Below are positions 1 to 14,863 of a stretch of 64,000 nt of DNA, piece by piece. Position 1 is the stretch's first letter, and each line of letters starts with the position of its first letter. The stretch is from Camelus ferus (taxonomy: Eukaryota). Position numbers and translations under genes: made by a program. The stretch lies in assembly GCF_009834535.1 (NCBI RefSeq), contig NC_045716.1, positions 19,592,001 through 19,656,000 of the forward strand, given 5' to 3'. The notes beneath the pieces are model-generated. The model ran no database searches. It saw only the letters and a program-made list of their open reading frames with translations, and was not told the origin of the DNA.

Positions 1-299
1 GCCTAACGATGTTGAAATACTTTATTTCTATTGTGAGGATGACTTGGTGTTTATTTTAACTTATTTTACTGGAATGAAACAACAATAAAATTACAAATGA
101 AAAAAGACTTCCTTATCCTGATAAAGGACACTCTTTAAAATCATGCAGCAGACCTAATAGTGATGTGTGAAAAGTAGTTCTTTTAAGATCAAGAACAAAA
201 CAAGATTAGTGGATAATAACAACTTCTAGTCAACACTTTATAGGAGGTACTACTGGCTATTGCAGCAGATAAGAAAAAAAAAAAGAAAACAAACAAACA

Positions 300-960
300 A
301 ACAAAAGACAAAACCAACAAAGAAGTTAAACTTATAAATGCTAGAAAAAAATTATAATTATTTTTAGATGACATTCTTATTTATATTGGGACATAGATAA
401 CCACAGATAAATTATTAGAATTAATATGGTTGACCAGCTTGCTAGATACTACTCTGTAAAAAAATTGTTATTATTGTATAACAATAATAATCATAAAATA
501 TAATTAAAGAGACAATAAAACACTTAACAAAAGATGTTCAAGACTTTTTTGGGAAATTCTGATAAATTTATATTTAAAGTCATTAAACAGCACTTTCATA
601 TAAATGATGAGATAAAACACATTCATGGATGGGATGTGAATATTAGAAAAATGTGTCTTCTCCTTGACTTGACCGAGTAATAAAATAAAATCTCATACAA
701 AATTCAAAAAGTGGTGTTCATGGAATTTGACCATCTTTCCCAAGGTCAAGAATAGCCATGACATTTAAGAAAAAGAAAGAGATTTTATGCGGCATATTAG
801 GGTGATTGGGGTTTCCACCAGGTATCAAGTGAGTCATACTTATAAAATAATTTAGTTATACTCAGTGGCCTATGAAGGTGACAATAATAGAAGAAATTAT
901 CATTTAAGCCTTGATTTATATGCTAAAGAATTATTTTGAATGTAACGCTTTTCTCTACTG
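300..960 (+). mobile_element. Old degraded L1 ORF2 fragments
   Basis: A-rich sequence with remnants of L1 ORF2 motifs (catggatgggatgtgaatattagaaaaatg, similar to SWIGRINIVKM). Boundaries approximate. Confidence 0.5.
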
Positions 961-3900
961 GCCTTTTAGAAACAGAACTAAAATGGGCCACGAGGGAGTG
1001 TATTATCCACATGAGAAGCTGAAAAATATTCAAAGTTTGGAATCCCAAACAGAAGCTTATAGGGGGCCTGCCTGTCACAGCTTATAGAAATTTCCACATC
1101 ATGCTCTGCTTAAAAATTGCCTAAAGAATGAAAAAAAAAAAAATTCTTTTTTAGATTCCTGCAAACTTGGACAGAAGGGAGGGAGAAAGTCAATGTGATT
1201 ATTGCTTTAGAAATTAAAAGCTGCTCTGAAGTTTTATAATTTTCCTTTAGGAAAACAAAATTTAAGCTCCTTGTGTGTGTAGGGGGATCAGATAAATCCA
1301 AAATGACTAACTACAAAGACAAGTTATGACCCCTTTTCGTACTGGGTATGCTTTCTGACATCCCAGACTCTACCATGTAATCTTTTATAGCTCATGACAA
1401 AGATGGAAGTTTATGTTTTATGTACATAATGAAAATGAACAGCAATGCAGTCCTGTTTCTTTCCCTCAATTCGTAGAAACAAAACAGCTGTGATCTGTGC
1501 TTACGGGGGTCTCCCAGGCAGAGTCAGCATTAATCTTATCAAAGGACTTTGCTTCAATTTGATAAGTATGCACAATTGTCTAGTTTCTAAGGGCTCATAA
1601 AGTTGTATTCTTATGTTTCTTCTATTAAAGATAATCAAGGGATTTATAAAAGAGTTTCTAAACGAATTTTGAGGTCCAAGTGATGGCTTTACAGTTTCCT
1701 TTCAATTATAGTTTACTTCCTTCTTAATAGGCTGGCTGTTCTGCTGTTTTTATTTTCCTTCCTCAAAAGGGGGCTTGGAAGGCATTTCCACTGTAATCAC
1801 TGCTCCCATCACGGTTTGTCAACGTTACCTCTGCCATCAACAAGTCCTATAAAGGGCACTGCCTTCCATTTCGGAGTGAGAGGGTACACGGTGGACATGG
1901 CTTTCTAAAAGCCTGTATTTGTTGATTGTTGAAGCCCACGTAAGAGAAAATTTATAGAAGAACATCTCTCAGTTCTACATTCACCTGAGATTTTTTTGCA
2001 AGATGAATACTTTCTGAGATAGGAAAAGAAATCTTTTCAGGGATCACAAGAAACGGAAGTAGTTTCAAAACATCAGAGTCAGAGAAATGTCATGTTTTCG
2101 GAGCCAGAGTCCAAGAGTCTGTGTTAAGAAGTCACTGGGGGTGGGGAGAGGGGTGGATGCTGAGGAAGGAGTGATAAAATAGCAAGCATTTGGGAAAAGA
2201 CTCTCCGAGCCCACCTGACAGAAGACAGACTTGGTCCCTATCCAAGTGCGCTCTCAGAAGCCTAGCCTACGCTTGATTCTCTTCTGCTCCTGGGGCTGTA
2301 GGTCTCTCCCTTGCCTGTGCCCCTCATGGCCTGAAACAGTCAAGGTTAGACCTGGGGATTCTGTCCCATGGGGCTAGAACCTGCTGAAGAGGAGAAAAGT
2401 CTCCTAGACCCAGTCTCCATCACCCACATATATCTGAGCCAAGCAAGACAAAAGCAGGGACTGAATGATGTGCAGTGGCTGGTACGTGATCTGGGGATCT
2501 GAACGGTGGGACCTACGATAAAGGATTTGAATACATAATATTTTGAAGTTAGAGAGTTGGTTTAGTGGAAAGATGACTTAAATAACTAGAACTTGGAATG
2601 TCCAATTTTAAGAATCATAAAGTATCAGGTTTAGAAGGAACTTTAAAGTTTACCTTGTACACTGTCTGCCCATGTGATACTTAAATTCACTCTACAAACA
2701 AGAGGTTGGCTAATGGCTACTTTGAAAATGTTAAGAGTCAGGAAGTCACCCTGTGTGCTGCCCCAGACCAGCTGTGTCCTGGCTTGGATGGAATAGAGTT
2801 TCTCAGAGAATCATTCATGACACAGGAACTGTAACTAAGAAGATCTAATGAGATATTGTATCAACACAGGAACAGCTGTATGTGAAAAGCTTCACCTAGA
2901 GAAAGCTGAAACAGGCTGTCAAATTAGGGGGGTTAAAGACACTTGGTGATGTAACAGCGTAAGATCTGAGGTCCTGAGTTGTCCTAAAATTATTCCATTT
3001 TCTAAGAACTCACTTGACTTACACATACAGTTAATGCCAAAAAAGCTAATTTTTTGAAAGATAAAACATTATCAGTAACAATTACCAATACATAAAAGAT
3101 CAAAATGTTTCTCAAATTTAATTCTTCTGAGTGAGTGAAAGTAATGATCAATTCTTCAATAGGGTTAGAGCAAGGGACGCAAGACAAAATGTGAGACTGC
3201 TAAGTTTATTTAGAGATATTAGGCTTGAGATGCCAAGAGGACAAAAAGGATGTGTTCAGATGCAGTTAAAAAGTATGACAAATTTAGTCTATAAAAAATT
3301 CAAGTATATTCAAGAAACATTAATTGAATTCACAATGTGATGCTTATTTTTCTAGGCATTGGTAGAGGGATATACAACAATAAAATGCTACATTTACTCT
3401 CAAAGATCTTACCAGTTTATGGGGAAGACAGACTCATTATCATGGTATTATAGTATGTTAAGTGGACACTGTAAACATTCTGAGGACATAGGAAAAGGAG
3501 TAAATAACATTTTCTGGGGGATTCAGGAAAGGCTTCACCAAAGAGCCAACATTTGACCTCATTTTGAAGGATGAGAAGCAGTGACCAGGTGGAGAAAAGA
3601 GGATGAGAGATAAACTGGAAGCAAATGGTTAGGAAGAGCAAAGGTACCAGATGCCAATCAAGCAAAGATTTCTGTTTTAGCATGTTTGTCCCCTGTAATT
3701 AGAGATGTGAGCATACAATTCCTTTAGAATAGAAGAGATTCAAGAAGAATGCCTTAAACACTAATTGCTTTGAATTAATTTACCATTTAAAAATATCAAA
3801 CACAGAAGTTAATTTCCATTACAAGACATTTGTGTTTGGGAGCCATGCTTGGATTTGGATGTGTGGTATGAGTTGAAGGGAGAGTACTGAGGTGGAGGCC

Positions 3901-4974
3901 AACTAATTTTTAAATAACTGTTAATTATTTTGATTAAACAATTGGTTTTTATTGAACACCTTTAATGTAACAGCCATTATGCCAAATATTAGGGTTGCAA
4001 AAATAAGTGAGAGACTGTAGCTTGTCAGTACTTGGTGGCTAGAATTTGGACAGTCCTCTCCAAATGCAGTGTGACCTACACAGGGTATGGTGTGACTGAC
4101 ACTGCCTAATATTTTTATGAATTTAAAATCACATTGTTTAGGGTTTTTGGTCGTTGTTGTGACGGTTTCCTTTTCTTTCTCTTTCTTTTCTTTTTGCACC
4201 TGCTTCACTTCGTGCTTGAGAACAATTAGAATGTCTGGTACTTTTTTTCTATGAAATATCACCAGCCCCACTGTATATTTCTCACCTATAATTGTCTTTT
4301 CTGAAAATGCAGGATTTACATGAATTGCCACTTTATCATGTCCATTTTTCAGTCTACATTCTCTCACCACTCATCTTTCTATCAGCAACATCCACAAGGC
4401 AAATTCACACCTTCATCTCTGAGCCTGAGGTTAGAAGAGTTAAGTATCAGTGATGTATTAAAAATCTGCATCTGATTATGTCATTGGGATAAGAGCCCAA
4501 ATCACTGGGCGAGCTTTTCCAGTTGCCTGACCACACAGAGGAACATACTCGAGGGCTTGCTCCCCTAAGAAGCCTTTCTCAGTCATCCTGGTCTGAGAAA
4601 CGGCCTCTTCCTTAGCACCCGAGTGCTCTGTACCTCACAGGATCAAGATAGAGCAGATTGTTGTGTCTGTTTCCCCAGGAGGTTGAACATTTTCTGGTGG
4701 CAGGGGTTATACCTTGTTTAATTCTGCATTCCTTATGTCTGGCACATGTGGATCTAATAAATGTTTACAGAGCTTAACTGAACAAGTAGAAAAGACTGGC
4801 CACTGAATTGATCTCATGGACAGAATTTGCCCTTTGAGACTTGACTGAAGGAAAAACGATGACCTACTGAGGGGGAATAGAATGCTTGGGGAAGGTGACA
4901 TACTAAAGAGAGAAAAAGCAGGGAGTTAGAGTGCATAAGGTCACATTCTGTTTCTGCGTCATGGTGTCTACATG

Positions 4975-5165
4975 AGATAGAAAAGCTTTATAATCTCTCT
5001 TTTCTCTCTGTTTCTAAATTTTATCTTCTGTAACATAGATACAACAAGTAGAATAATAATAGGTTCTTATCTCATTGGATGTGTGAAAATTAAGTAAAAT
5101 ATTGAATGCAAAACATTTGTAAAAATGCTCGCTGCATGGTGAGTGCTAAGAATTAGCTATTAGTA
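4975..5165 (+). mobile_element. MIR SINE fragment
   Basis: Degenerate MIR core and tail (ctctgtttct...atcttctgtaa...gagtgctaagaattagctattag). Confidence 0.5.
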
Positions 5166-5324
5166 TTTTTAGGGTAGTATAAATAGTAGAAGTAGGTAGT
5201 AGTAACTAAATTTCTGTCTTTGAATTAAAAAAAAAAACAGTAAAGAGAAATAAAGTTTTGAATTGAATTTTGCAGTTGCCTCAGTCCAGTTTTTTTCTGC
5301 TTTCCTTCCCCACCTCAGCCTCCC

Positions 5325-6278
5325 ATGGAGCCACACAACCATTCAAGCCTGGCTGAATTTGTGCTCCTCGGCTTCCCCAGCGTGGGGCATGCCAGGGGCT
5401 GGCTTTTTGTCCTGCTGCTGTTGGCCTACCTGTTCACTATCTGTGGCAACATGCTCATCTTCTTAGTCATAAGGCTGGACGCAGCCCTACACACACCCAT
5501 GTACCACTTTGTCAGTATTCTCTCCTTCCTGGAGCTGTGGTATACAGCCACCACCATCCCCAAGATGCTAGCTAATCTTCTCAGTGATAAGAAGACCATT
5601 TCTTTTTCAGGATGCCTCCTTCAGACCTACTTCTTCCACTCCCTAGGGGCCTCTGAATGCTACCTTCTTACAGCAATGGCCTATGACCGATACCTGGCCA
5701 TCTGCCGGCCCCTCCACTATCCTGCAATTATGACGCCCATGCTCTGTGCCAGGATGGCTGCTGGTTGTTGGACTTGTGGCTTCCTGTGTCCCATTTCTGA
5801 AGTCATCCTGGTGTCCCAGCTCCCTTTCTGTGGTTACAATGAAATCCAACACATCTTCTGTGACTTTCCACCACTTCTGAGCCTAGCCTGCAAGGACACA
5901 TCCACTAATGTCCTGGTGGACTTTGCCATCAATGCCTTCATCATCCTTGTCACCTTCCTCTTTATCATGGTGTCTTATGGGAGAATCATCGGGGCTGTAC
6001 TGAAGATAAAAACAACAGCAGGAAGAAAGAAGGCCTTCTCCACATGTGCCTCCCATCTTACTGTGGTCCTCATCTTCTTTGGGAGCATCATTTTCATGTA
6101 TGTGCGGCTAAAGAAGAGCTACTCACTGAACCTTGATCGGACGCTTGCTGTAGTCTACTCTGTACTAACACCACTGGTCAACCCAGTCATCTACAGTCTT
6201 CGTAACAAGGAACTCATTAAGGCCATTAAGAGAACCATCTTTCGGAAGGGAGAGAGAGCTAGCTCCACTCACCACTGA
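5325..6278 (+). CDS. OR6N2: Olfactory receptor 6N2, 317 aa, intact single coding exon
   Basis: OR motifs [38 protein letters not shown]. Closely matches recalled human OR6N2 (NHSSLAEF...[20 protein letters not shown]...KRTIF). Pyrimidine tract and CAG acceptor end at 5318. Confidence 0.95.
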   Translation: MEPHNHSSLAEFVLLGFPSVGHARGWLFVLLLLAYLFTICGNMLIFLVIRLDAALHTPMYHFVSILSFLELWYTATTIPKMLANLLSDKKTISFSGCLLQTYFFHSLGASECYLLTAMAYDRYLAICRPLHYPAIMTPMLCARMAAGCWTCGFLCPISEVILVSQLPFCGYNEIQHIFCDFPPLLSLACKDTSTNVLVDFAINAFIILVTFLFIMVSYGRIIGAVLKIKTTAGRKKAFSTCASHLTVVLIFFGSIIFMYVRLKKSYSLNLDRTLAVVYSVLTPLVNPVIYSLRNKELIKAIKRTIFRKGERASSTHH

Positions 6279-6479
6279 CTTTCTACCAAGGTCCTTCCTC
6301 CATGTCAATGTTGATCTCATAAAAATTCTAGGTACCTTTGTCCTAATCTTGAATAATCTTCCCATCATCACACATGCGATGAATCCCATCTCCTCTTACC
6401 TTCTCAAAGACTTTATTTCTTTAGGTTTTCTTCTATTTCCTACATCTTTATGCATTTTTTTTTTTTACTTGAACAGTGC

Positions 6480-8010
6480 TTTCAGCATCTGAGAAAACTT
6501 TAGTATCTCCATTCTTAAAAACAAACATACACATTTCCGTGGTCACACATTTCCAGCCAGCTAGAGGTTTATTTCTCTGTTCCTTTTACATATCAAACTT
6601 CTCAATATGATTAATGGCACAATCTACTTCCTGTTCTTCACTTCCTACTCACTTTTTAATCCATCTGTCTGGCTTTGGCTCAGACCTTCCAACCAATATT
6701 TTGCCAATGTCATTAATGACTTCCATAGTGCCAAAACCACTAGACCCTTTTTGTCTTTCCTCTTTCTTGAACTCCTATCTCTTAATTTTTCTCTTATTTT
6801 TCTAATTGGTCTTTATTAGTCTTCTTTGTCCTGTAGCAGGATCTTCCTAGATGCTCAGAGTTATTCTTATGGATCTAAATTCCATTCCTACCTATGCCAA
6901 CAACTCTTGAATTTATATCTCCAAACCAGAACCCTTTTCTGAGCTTTAGAATTATACACCCAGATGCCTCTTCACAATCCTACCGGGGTGTATCCTAGGG
7001 ATTTAAAACTTAAGATGTCAAAAATGAAGATATATTTTCTTCCCAGGCCCTGCAAGAGTTCTTTTGAGGTTGTAATTTTCTGTTCTTTGAATGTTTGATA
7101 AAGCTCACAGTAAATCTGCAGTTTTCCTATCTTGAAAGCTTGATGCTTTTGGTTCCCTGTGCTTGAGCCAGAAAATTTCAAATAATTTACTTCACTTCTT
7201 GTTCTTCCACCCCTACGACTAATTCATTATTAACATGCCAATCCTTATTCAAAGTCTATTCTCAAATCTGTTTTTTCCTCTTTCCCTTTAGTGTTACTGT
7301 CTTGGTGTACATCTCCAACATTTCTCAATGGATAGATACATTAATATATATTCACTCTCTTTGCCTCTACTCTTGTTCCATTCTAATATACTTTTCACCT
7401 AAAACCAAAGTGATATATTTTTAAACTAAATTGAATGTGCCATCCTCTAAAAGCACGAAAGATTCCCAATTGCACTTAAGATGAAACCCAAAGCCACATC
7501 ACACCTTCCTCTCTAACGCTGACTCCCACCTTTCTCCATCAGCTCACTCTTGTCTAACCGCGTTATCGCTTTTTGAGTTCTCCCAATGCATTAAGATCTG
7601 TATTGAGATCTGTATGGCTCCAGGAACCTTGCATTGCTCCTCCCAACACCTGCAATAGTTCAGTTGGCTCACTCCTTCTCATTGGATGACTTTCTGTTCA
7701 AGTGTCACTTTCAAATGACATTATCTTTTAAAGGACTTCTGAATATCCAGACTACTTTATGCTACTTATTTTTTTCTTTTGAATTATTAGTTTTCTTTCA
7801 AAATGTGTATCAAAATTTATATGTGTATGCACATTTGTGTATATGTATGTATGGGTAGATATAGGTACAATCTGTCATTTTTTTCCTACTAGTCTATAAA
7901 ATATGTTTAGTCTAAAATCATGTCAGTTTTGTTACTTGATATATGTACCTCCAGAATCTGGCAAGTATCTAAACATGGTTACATTCAATAAAAATGTAAT
8001 AAATGAGAAA
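6480..8010 (+). mobile_element. L2 LINE fragment
   Basis: Pyrimidine-rich degenerate body ending in the L2-type terminus ...cattcaataaaaatgtaataaatga. Boundaries approximate. Confidence 0.6.
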
Positions 8011-8479
8011 ATACAATGAAGTTTACCCACTCTTATCACTGACGTATTTTGATCTTTAGTGATTCCGTCCTGATTGCAATCACTAGGGGAGCTCTCTGTC
8101 TTCCTATTTACTAATGGCTGAGAAAGGTAGCATCTTCCTTCTCTCTCTTACAGATCCTCCATTTAACATATTTAATGTAAATGTTCATTGGAAACAGGAA
8201 GCAAAAGGAGTTAGAAATTATAGAAGGAAAAACTCAACATTCTTTGAGCCTGATTTGTAGTTTAAAAACAAAACTATTTGATCCTGTAAAAAATCGACTA
8301 CACTCCAAGTAAATAATGTACTATGTGTGTGTGTGTGTCCTTGGCCCCATGATCCTTTTATTATGCAAAACCTACAACTGGGTAAAGGAATGCAAAATGT
8401 ACATGCTAGATGATAGACTGCCAATTTAATCGATTTTTAATACACACAGAGAATTATACAAAACATAAATGTACAACAC

Positions 8480-8683
8480 TCCCCACTGAATATTCTTCCT
8501 ACTTATTTTCACACCCCATATAACCAGCTTGCCAAAGAAACTCAGTGCAGCCATACATGAGTCTGCCCACTCCCCCCTTGAGAGGGTCCCATTACTTAAT
8601 AAATTCTCAACTACTTTCCTGATCTCTTTGTCTCATCCCTAAATTCTTTCTGCAATGAGACAAGAACCTACTCTCTGGTAACA
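8480..8683 (+). mobile_element. 3' part of an ERV LTR
   Basis: AATAAA followed by U5-like tgtctcatccctaaattctttc...caagaacc...ggtaaca ending in CA; family from pattern recall only. Confidence 0.5.
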
Positions 8684-11600
8684 TATGAAGGTTTAGAAAC
8701 CTGAATAAATCTACTCTGATTAAATAAATAAAATTCCTAGTTAAAAATCTATCCATAACAACCAAGGAATAAAATAACACTTAGAGTCAAAAATTAAATT
8801 ATCACTTAAAATCTACCCACAGTAAACAAGGAAAAAAATACTCTCACAACTCAGTTTCATAGAAAGGAAAATCTTCAAGGAATACATTAGGAGGGAGAGA
8901 AGGAAACATTTGTATCAACAATCTTGAAGGCATGAATGGGACTGGGAAAACGAAGAATTATTAAAGATTTTCAAAGGGGATATAATTTATAAACACATGT
9001 TTTGCATTCTCATCACATTTCATCATTGTTACGTTCCTATGAGGAAAGCAGTGTCTTCTTCATGCGAAACATGGGAACTCAAACACTCAGTTAGGTGGCC
9101 AATGTCAACAAATGGCTGGAGGAGCAGTTGGGATGGAAATCCAAGAGCCTGCGACCGGGCTCTTCTCAGAGCAGGATAACAAGAGAGTAAAGAGGAAGCT
9201 CTGTGTGGAAGGGAAACAAAACTGCCGTAGACACGAGCAGCAGGCAGGGTTAGGAGCCTCGACAGCATCTCGGTCCCCAGCCTGACTCTGTCCCAACTCT
9301 CTCAGGCTCCAGAAAGGCTAGTCACAGTTTAGAAACATGCTCTCATAACTGGAAGGTGTACGCTTTCTCCCAGGTCTCACAGGCTCAGGAACCCGTTTGA
9401 ACCTAGAGCTCCCACACCAGCTGTTTTTTGCTAAACGCAATCATTGCCCTGAGAGATGATCTGTCTTAATTTGGATTATAGTTATGACTGTAGTGAACTA
9501 ACGGGTGATGAAGGACCATTGGCTAAAGAACTTCTTGTATGAGAGCTTTCCGTCCTGAGAGAGCACTTTAACAACCCCAGGAGGTCTGCTCCGAGGCCCA
9601 GGGGCTTCTGTCTCTATAAGGACCCTATCAGGAACATAGGTCAGGGGAGAGGAATCTTGCATGGTTTGACTTACTCCCACAGGTTCCATCAAAGTACTGA
9701 ACTCCAAGTCTTCCAGGCCCCAGGAGTACGTGGATGTAACATAGTAAGTAAGATGTAGGAAGTGAGCAGAGAGTTTTTTCCCAAGTCCAGACTCTGAGCA
9801 GTGGCTGAGCTGTCAAAGTCAGGCCCTGCAGAGCCTTCCCACCATCAAGCTCTGGGTAAGAACTTCGTCAATAAGGCACTTCTATCATTATGTTACTTTT
9901 TAGTCTGAGCCCTGGGAAGAAACTTAGGGCATTCAGAAATAGGGAGAGGTGGAGAGTAATTGGGGTTCATAGGACATATTCAAAATGCAAAAAACTATTA
10001 AAACACACACATGGATATTCTGCTTTCCAAATGTTACAGGAAAGAGTCTGGGCTCAGAATTAACAAACTGGCTATGTTTTGATTTGTGTGATCTTGAGAA
10101 AGTCATCTTTCCTTTCTGGATTCCAGCTTTTTCCTTTGCAAAATGCAGACATAGAACAAGGTGATCTCTATAATTCATCGCCCTCCTAACTCCCAGCTCT
10201 TTGGTCCTATGCCTAAATACTTTGGGGCTATGGATAATGAAACTGTGGGAAAGAAAATAGAATGCAATGGATTTGTTCTAAAAGCTTTTTCTTTTTTTTT
10301 TTTTTTAGAGTAAGGGGAATAAAATATGATTGCAAAGGACTGAAGTAAGATAGATGCTAATTTATGCATGTGGTAGGTTTTGTAAGAGCTCTGACTCCAA
10401 CATCAGGAGACCAATTGGAGGGAATGAGTAACTGGGAAGCTAAGGAGCTGTACAGGTCTTCTTAATTATCATAATTTTTCATTAGCCACCACAGCTACGC
10501 TGCATCAGGCATTGTGCTGAGCACCTGGAGGACAGGGTATTATAGGAGATTTCTTTAATTTCAGAAATCTCACAGAGAGTTGCTTTGGGATGATAACATA
10601 TATGCATGAAAAACCATTGTAGACAGGACATAACTAGAGGAAAAGTGAGGAAGTACTACTGGGAATTTAGAGGCAGGAATGGTCGGTGTTCACCTGAATG
10701 GTCGAGGCAAAAAAGGAGGGGACTTGAGCCAGAAAATGATTTATGTATCTGTGGACTGACTTCGGATAAAGTGTATTCTAGAGAGGATGTACGCTGCCAA
10801 CAACAGAGTCAAGGATCTTTTGACAGTGATAAGTGACAACAAAAATAATGTTTAAAATTATGAATCTGTACTAGATAAATGGGGTTTTTCCATACAGCAA
10901 AACTAAGAATAGTGGGCGACACTCAGATTCCAGGTCAATGGAAGGAAGTTGTTTAACAAACTGAAGTATCTTAACAAAGGGAAGGAAGTGTGGTGCAGGG
11001 GCAGGGGCCTTCTGGCGCCCTCAGTCCAAGCAGAGGCTTGATGCCCACTGGTGGGGGTGGTGGTGCCCATGGCATGGACTCCTTCATGGATGGGAAGATC
11101 TGAGTTGTCATGGGTTTGAATCAAAATGAAAAACATAAGGACAATGTAAAGTTTGGTGCAGACTGTTTCTTTTTATTTTGACATTTCAGTTTTCCTTTTT
11201 TGGTCGTTGTTAAAAGAGCTTTCATTTTTATAAATTGATGGGGATCTCCAATATATTAAAAATATCCTTAGTAATCCAATGAAATCCAAAATTATGGAGG
11301 TCCCTAGAGGGGGTGGTAGTTCCTAATGCTTCTTCCAACACTGACTCAGCATGTCTCGGTGCTGGAAACTTAACTGCAATAATAATTTGAAATGATGAAA
11401 GGAAATGAACAACAACGTAAGGGGAAAAGCATGAGTGTTTTTTGCCTTACTGAGTGGGATGTGAAGGAAATGGTCACAATCTCTGAGAATTGTGAACTGG
11501 GGAGTTAAGAAAGTTCAGAGGTGCTAGTTTTCAGTGGGAAATAATGGTTGACCTGGTCATAGTGACTTTGATTTCCCAGGCAGAGGGTCTCCAGGGAGTG

Positions 11601-12519
11601 ATTAACAGCCTGTCATCCGTGGGCAATGACACGATGTATAACTCAAGAGTAAGTCTTTGAGTCACGTGGAAACCTTACCTTCCAAGAAAAGAAAGGACAA
11701 GATATTGGCTTCTGACATTCAGCCTTGAGGCCAGCCCCCTGTGTATATCTGAAAGTTGAGTTAAAGGTCTCTAGAAAACTCAACTGTGAGTGGGTTGGGA
11801 GACCAGGGATGGAGAGCGGCAGCTCCAGGAAGGGTGCTTTGTATTTATATTTAGAGAAGTATTGTAAAACATTTAGGGGAAAAAAGGATCTGAGTTGGAT
11901 AACAATTCTGAGGTAATCTTTTATAGGAGGCACACCTGCACCCAAGATTTCAGGGAGGTAGAAGGCAGAATTGGGCAGTGGACAAGCATAGATTTGAAAT
12001 GAGGAAAACAAAGTCAAAGGGGAAATCTCTGCTATTAAAATCATTCTGCTGAAGCACCACAGCATCACTGCTGAAGAGCTCCACCCAGAAGTAGTCCTTG
12101 AGCATCTTAGTAGAGAAGCAGCCTATGTTAATTCTTGGAATGAGAAAGATTTTGATATGAGGTGGTCATGCTGCCTGGGTTTAGACAAAAGTGTAGCTGA
12201 AACAGGCAGAGTAAATACTATTAATTTGGATGGAATTAGAGGGGCCTGAGAGGGAAGAAATTATAAGAAGTTTGAAGGGCAGAATGAAGAGACTGTGGAT
12301 GCCTTTTATAACACTTTGCTTTTACACAAATATTCCCTTGTGCCTAGAATACTTGTTTTTACTTCTTCTGCCTCAAAAATTCTGGTACTTTTTTTTTCAC
12401 TTCAAATAAAAATTATGTCTTCTGTGTCTTCCTGATCTCCACTTCCAGCCCATGGCTCATTTACTGCTCTTCTAACTCCTACCATGTGTGCAAATTAGCA
12501 TTTACCTTACTGAATTTGC

Positions 12520-13860
12520 TTATTCATTTGACAGATATTTATTGAATTGTTATCATGCTCCAGACACAACCGTTGGGACTTGAAATACATCAGTGAACCA
12601 AACTATAATAAAAAAGTTCCCTGCTCTCATGGAGTTTACATTCTCACAGAGGAGAGAAACAATAAATAATTGGGATAATAAATAAGTGCATTATTTTATA
12701 ATGTGTTAAAAGATGATAAATAGCATGGAAATTTTATAAGTAGAGTAAGGGAAGGTGATGTCAGTGTAGGATGCGGATGTGGGGAAGGAGGCAGACTGCA
12801 GCCCTATTTAGGGTGGTCCAGGAAGGGCCAGCTGGGACAGAGAGATCTGAGCAAAAGCTTGGAATAAATGAAAGAGATATCCAAGTGTGTATTTGGTGGG
12901 AAAAAAATTCTAGGAAAAGATAACAATGGCAAGAAAGGCTGCAAAATGTCAAGTTGCTGAGGAGGTTTGAGCAGTGGGAAAGCAAGACCTGATTTAATAA
13001 TTTAAAAGGAAAGTTCTGGTTGCTGCATCAAGATTAGGCTATTGATGGACAAATACAAGGAAGAAGATCTCTTAGGAGTCAATTACAGTAACAGAGGTGA
13101 GAGAAAACAGTGGCTTGAACCAAGTGAAAAATGGGTCCTGAATATATGAGGGAAAGGTAGACACAATGATGACTGTGAGGATTTTGACCCATCAGCTGAA
13201 GGATTATAACGGCCATCTTTTGAGATGGGGAAGACTACAGGTAGTGCCCACAGGAGTTCTGTTTGAGATGGTTACCAGATGCCCAAAAGGAGATGTGAAT
13301 AGGCAGCCGAATACATAAGTCTGGAGGCAGGGAGAGAAATGTGGGTTGGAAATTCATTCAGAAGTCTTCAGTGCATACATGGTGTTCTAAGCCATTGCGC
13401 TGGATGACATTAACAAAGCAGCGAGTGTGCAAAGAAAGGAGAGAAGAACGAACACTGACCTCTGTGAACTGTGACGTTAAAAAGGAAGGGCAAAGAGGAA
13501 AAGAAAAAAACTGCCACTAAGGTAGAAGAAATCTGAAGTATAGCACCCTGAGGACCAAGTGAAGAAAAGGGTGTCTAGAGACAGGAAAAGTCACCTGTGT
13601 CGAGAACTACTGATGGTCCAAGTAAGCGAAGGGGCGAGAGAGGACAACTGGATTTAGCAAACCTTAGATAGTGGGTGGCTATGAGGAGGGAAGTTTTGAT
13701 GGAGAGGTATGTGTGAAGGTCTAATCAGAATGGGTTTAAGAGGGAACAGGAGGGATTCACAGCAACGACTAGAGGCAGCTCTGGGGGGGGGGAGTTTCAT
13801 TGCTAGGACTGAGACGGAAATGGAGCAGCGCCTGTGTGATGAGTGAATCAAGGGAAAGAA
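12520..13860 (-). mobile_element. L2 LINE fragment (antisense)
   Basis: Begins attcatttgacagatatttattga...ccagacac (reverse complement of the L2 3' end) and continues as purine-rich L2 body. Confidence 0.65.
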
Positions 13861-14863
13861 TTTTGGAGGCTTGTTTTTGAGAATAATAGCATATGACTAT
13901 GATGATGGACTGTTCCGATGAAGATCTGTATCACAATTAGTTGCTTCTCTATTTTCTCTACTAGAATATTAGTCTCTTGACTTCAGCTGCCGTATCTTAT
14001 GTATTGTTTTAGCCCTTGCTCTAGGTATAATGCTTGTAAGAGAGAAAATGCTCAATAAACTTTTGTTACATTGACCTCAACACAATGGAATATAAATATT
14101 TACCATCTGTGAAGCAATCATTCAGAAAAGCGCACTTGAGGTTGGTGGAGGAGGAATGTGGCCACAGTTTGGAGTAGAAATGCAGAGAGATAGACTTGGC
14201 TCCTGGTTTCCTGTGGCTCTTTTATTTACCTAAACCCCCTTTAGCCTTCACTGGGATTCTCACCAGTGTCAAAAGAAGTGAAACTCTGATCTACACGCCC
14301 CTGAAAGATGCTGTTAGATCTGTGTCTCCGTAAGGAAATGGGAGGGAGCCAAGAGTGAAAGGATTGAGTCTTTGATATCCAGAAAGTTGAAAAAGAAAAT
14401 AAATTAAAATTAGAAATAAAAAAATATGTAGTTCAAATGATGTAATCTTGGTCCAGGTACACTACCAATATTTTATCAGCTATAAATGATAATTTATATC
14501 TTAGATAAAGAATATACATGAATGATAATATAGAACTTGAGTGAGGAATATTCACATTTCTAAAACCTATATAGATTCCACTAAGCAAGATAAATTGGTT
14601 ACAGGGTGGGGGTTAAAAACAGGTAGTGTCATCAGAGAAGACGTTTTAAGCCTAATGATAAGAGTGGATGCTCTGAAGGAGGCTGGTGACAGTGACTGTG
14701 GGGAAGGATTGACTTCTTAATGCATATACTGAGAGAGCTTTACTCTGGAGGTGGAGCAGTGGGTCAAAAGTACTTTGAGGGTTGCCTTCTTCTTAGGATT
14801 CCTTTGTCTCGATTGTCTTTCTCATCCTTCCATACTTACGTTCCAGGATATGAATGGTGAGCA

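Noticed and set aside
3921-4370. 149-aa minus-strand ORF
   Set aside because: Low-complexity K/E/T stretches in AT-rich intergenic DNA, with no recognisable domain.
6093-6124. 32-nt perfect identity between OR6N2 (6093-6124) and OR6N1 (15632-15663) as gene conversion
   Set aside because: It encodes [11 protein letters not shown], which is conserved between these paralogs in other mammals, and is too short to separate from purifying selection.
11643-12068. 141-aa minus-strand ORF
   Set aside because: No recognisable homology or exon structure; expected by chance when alternative start codons are allowed.
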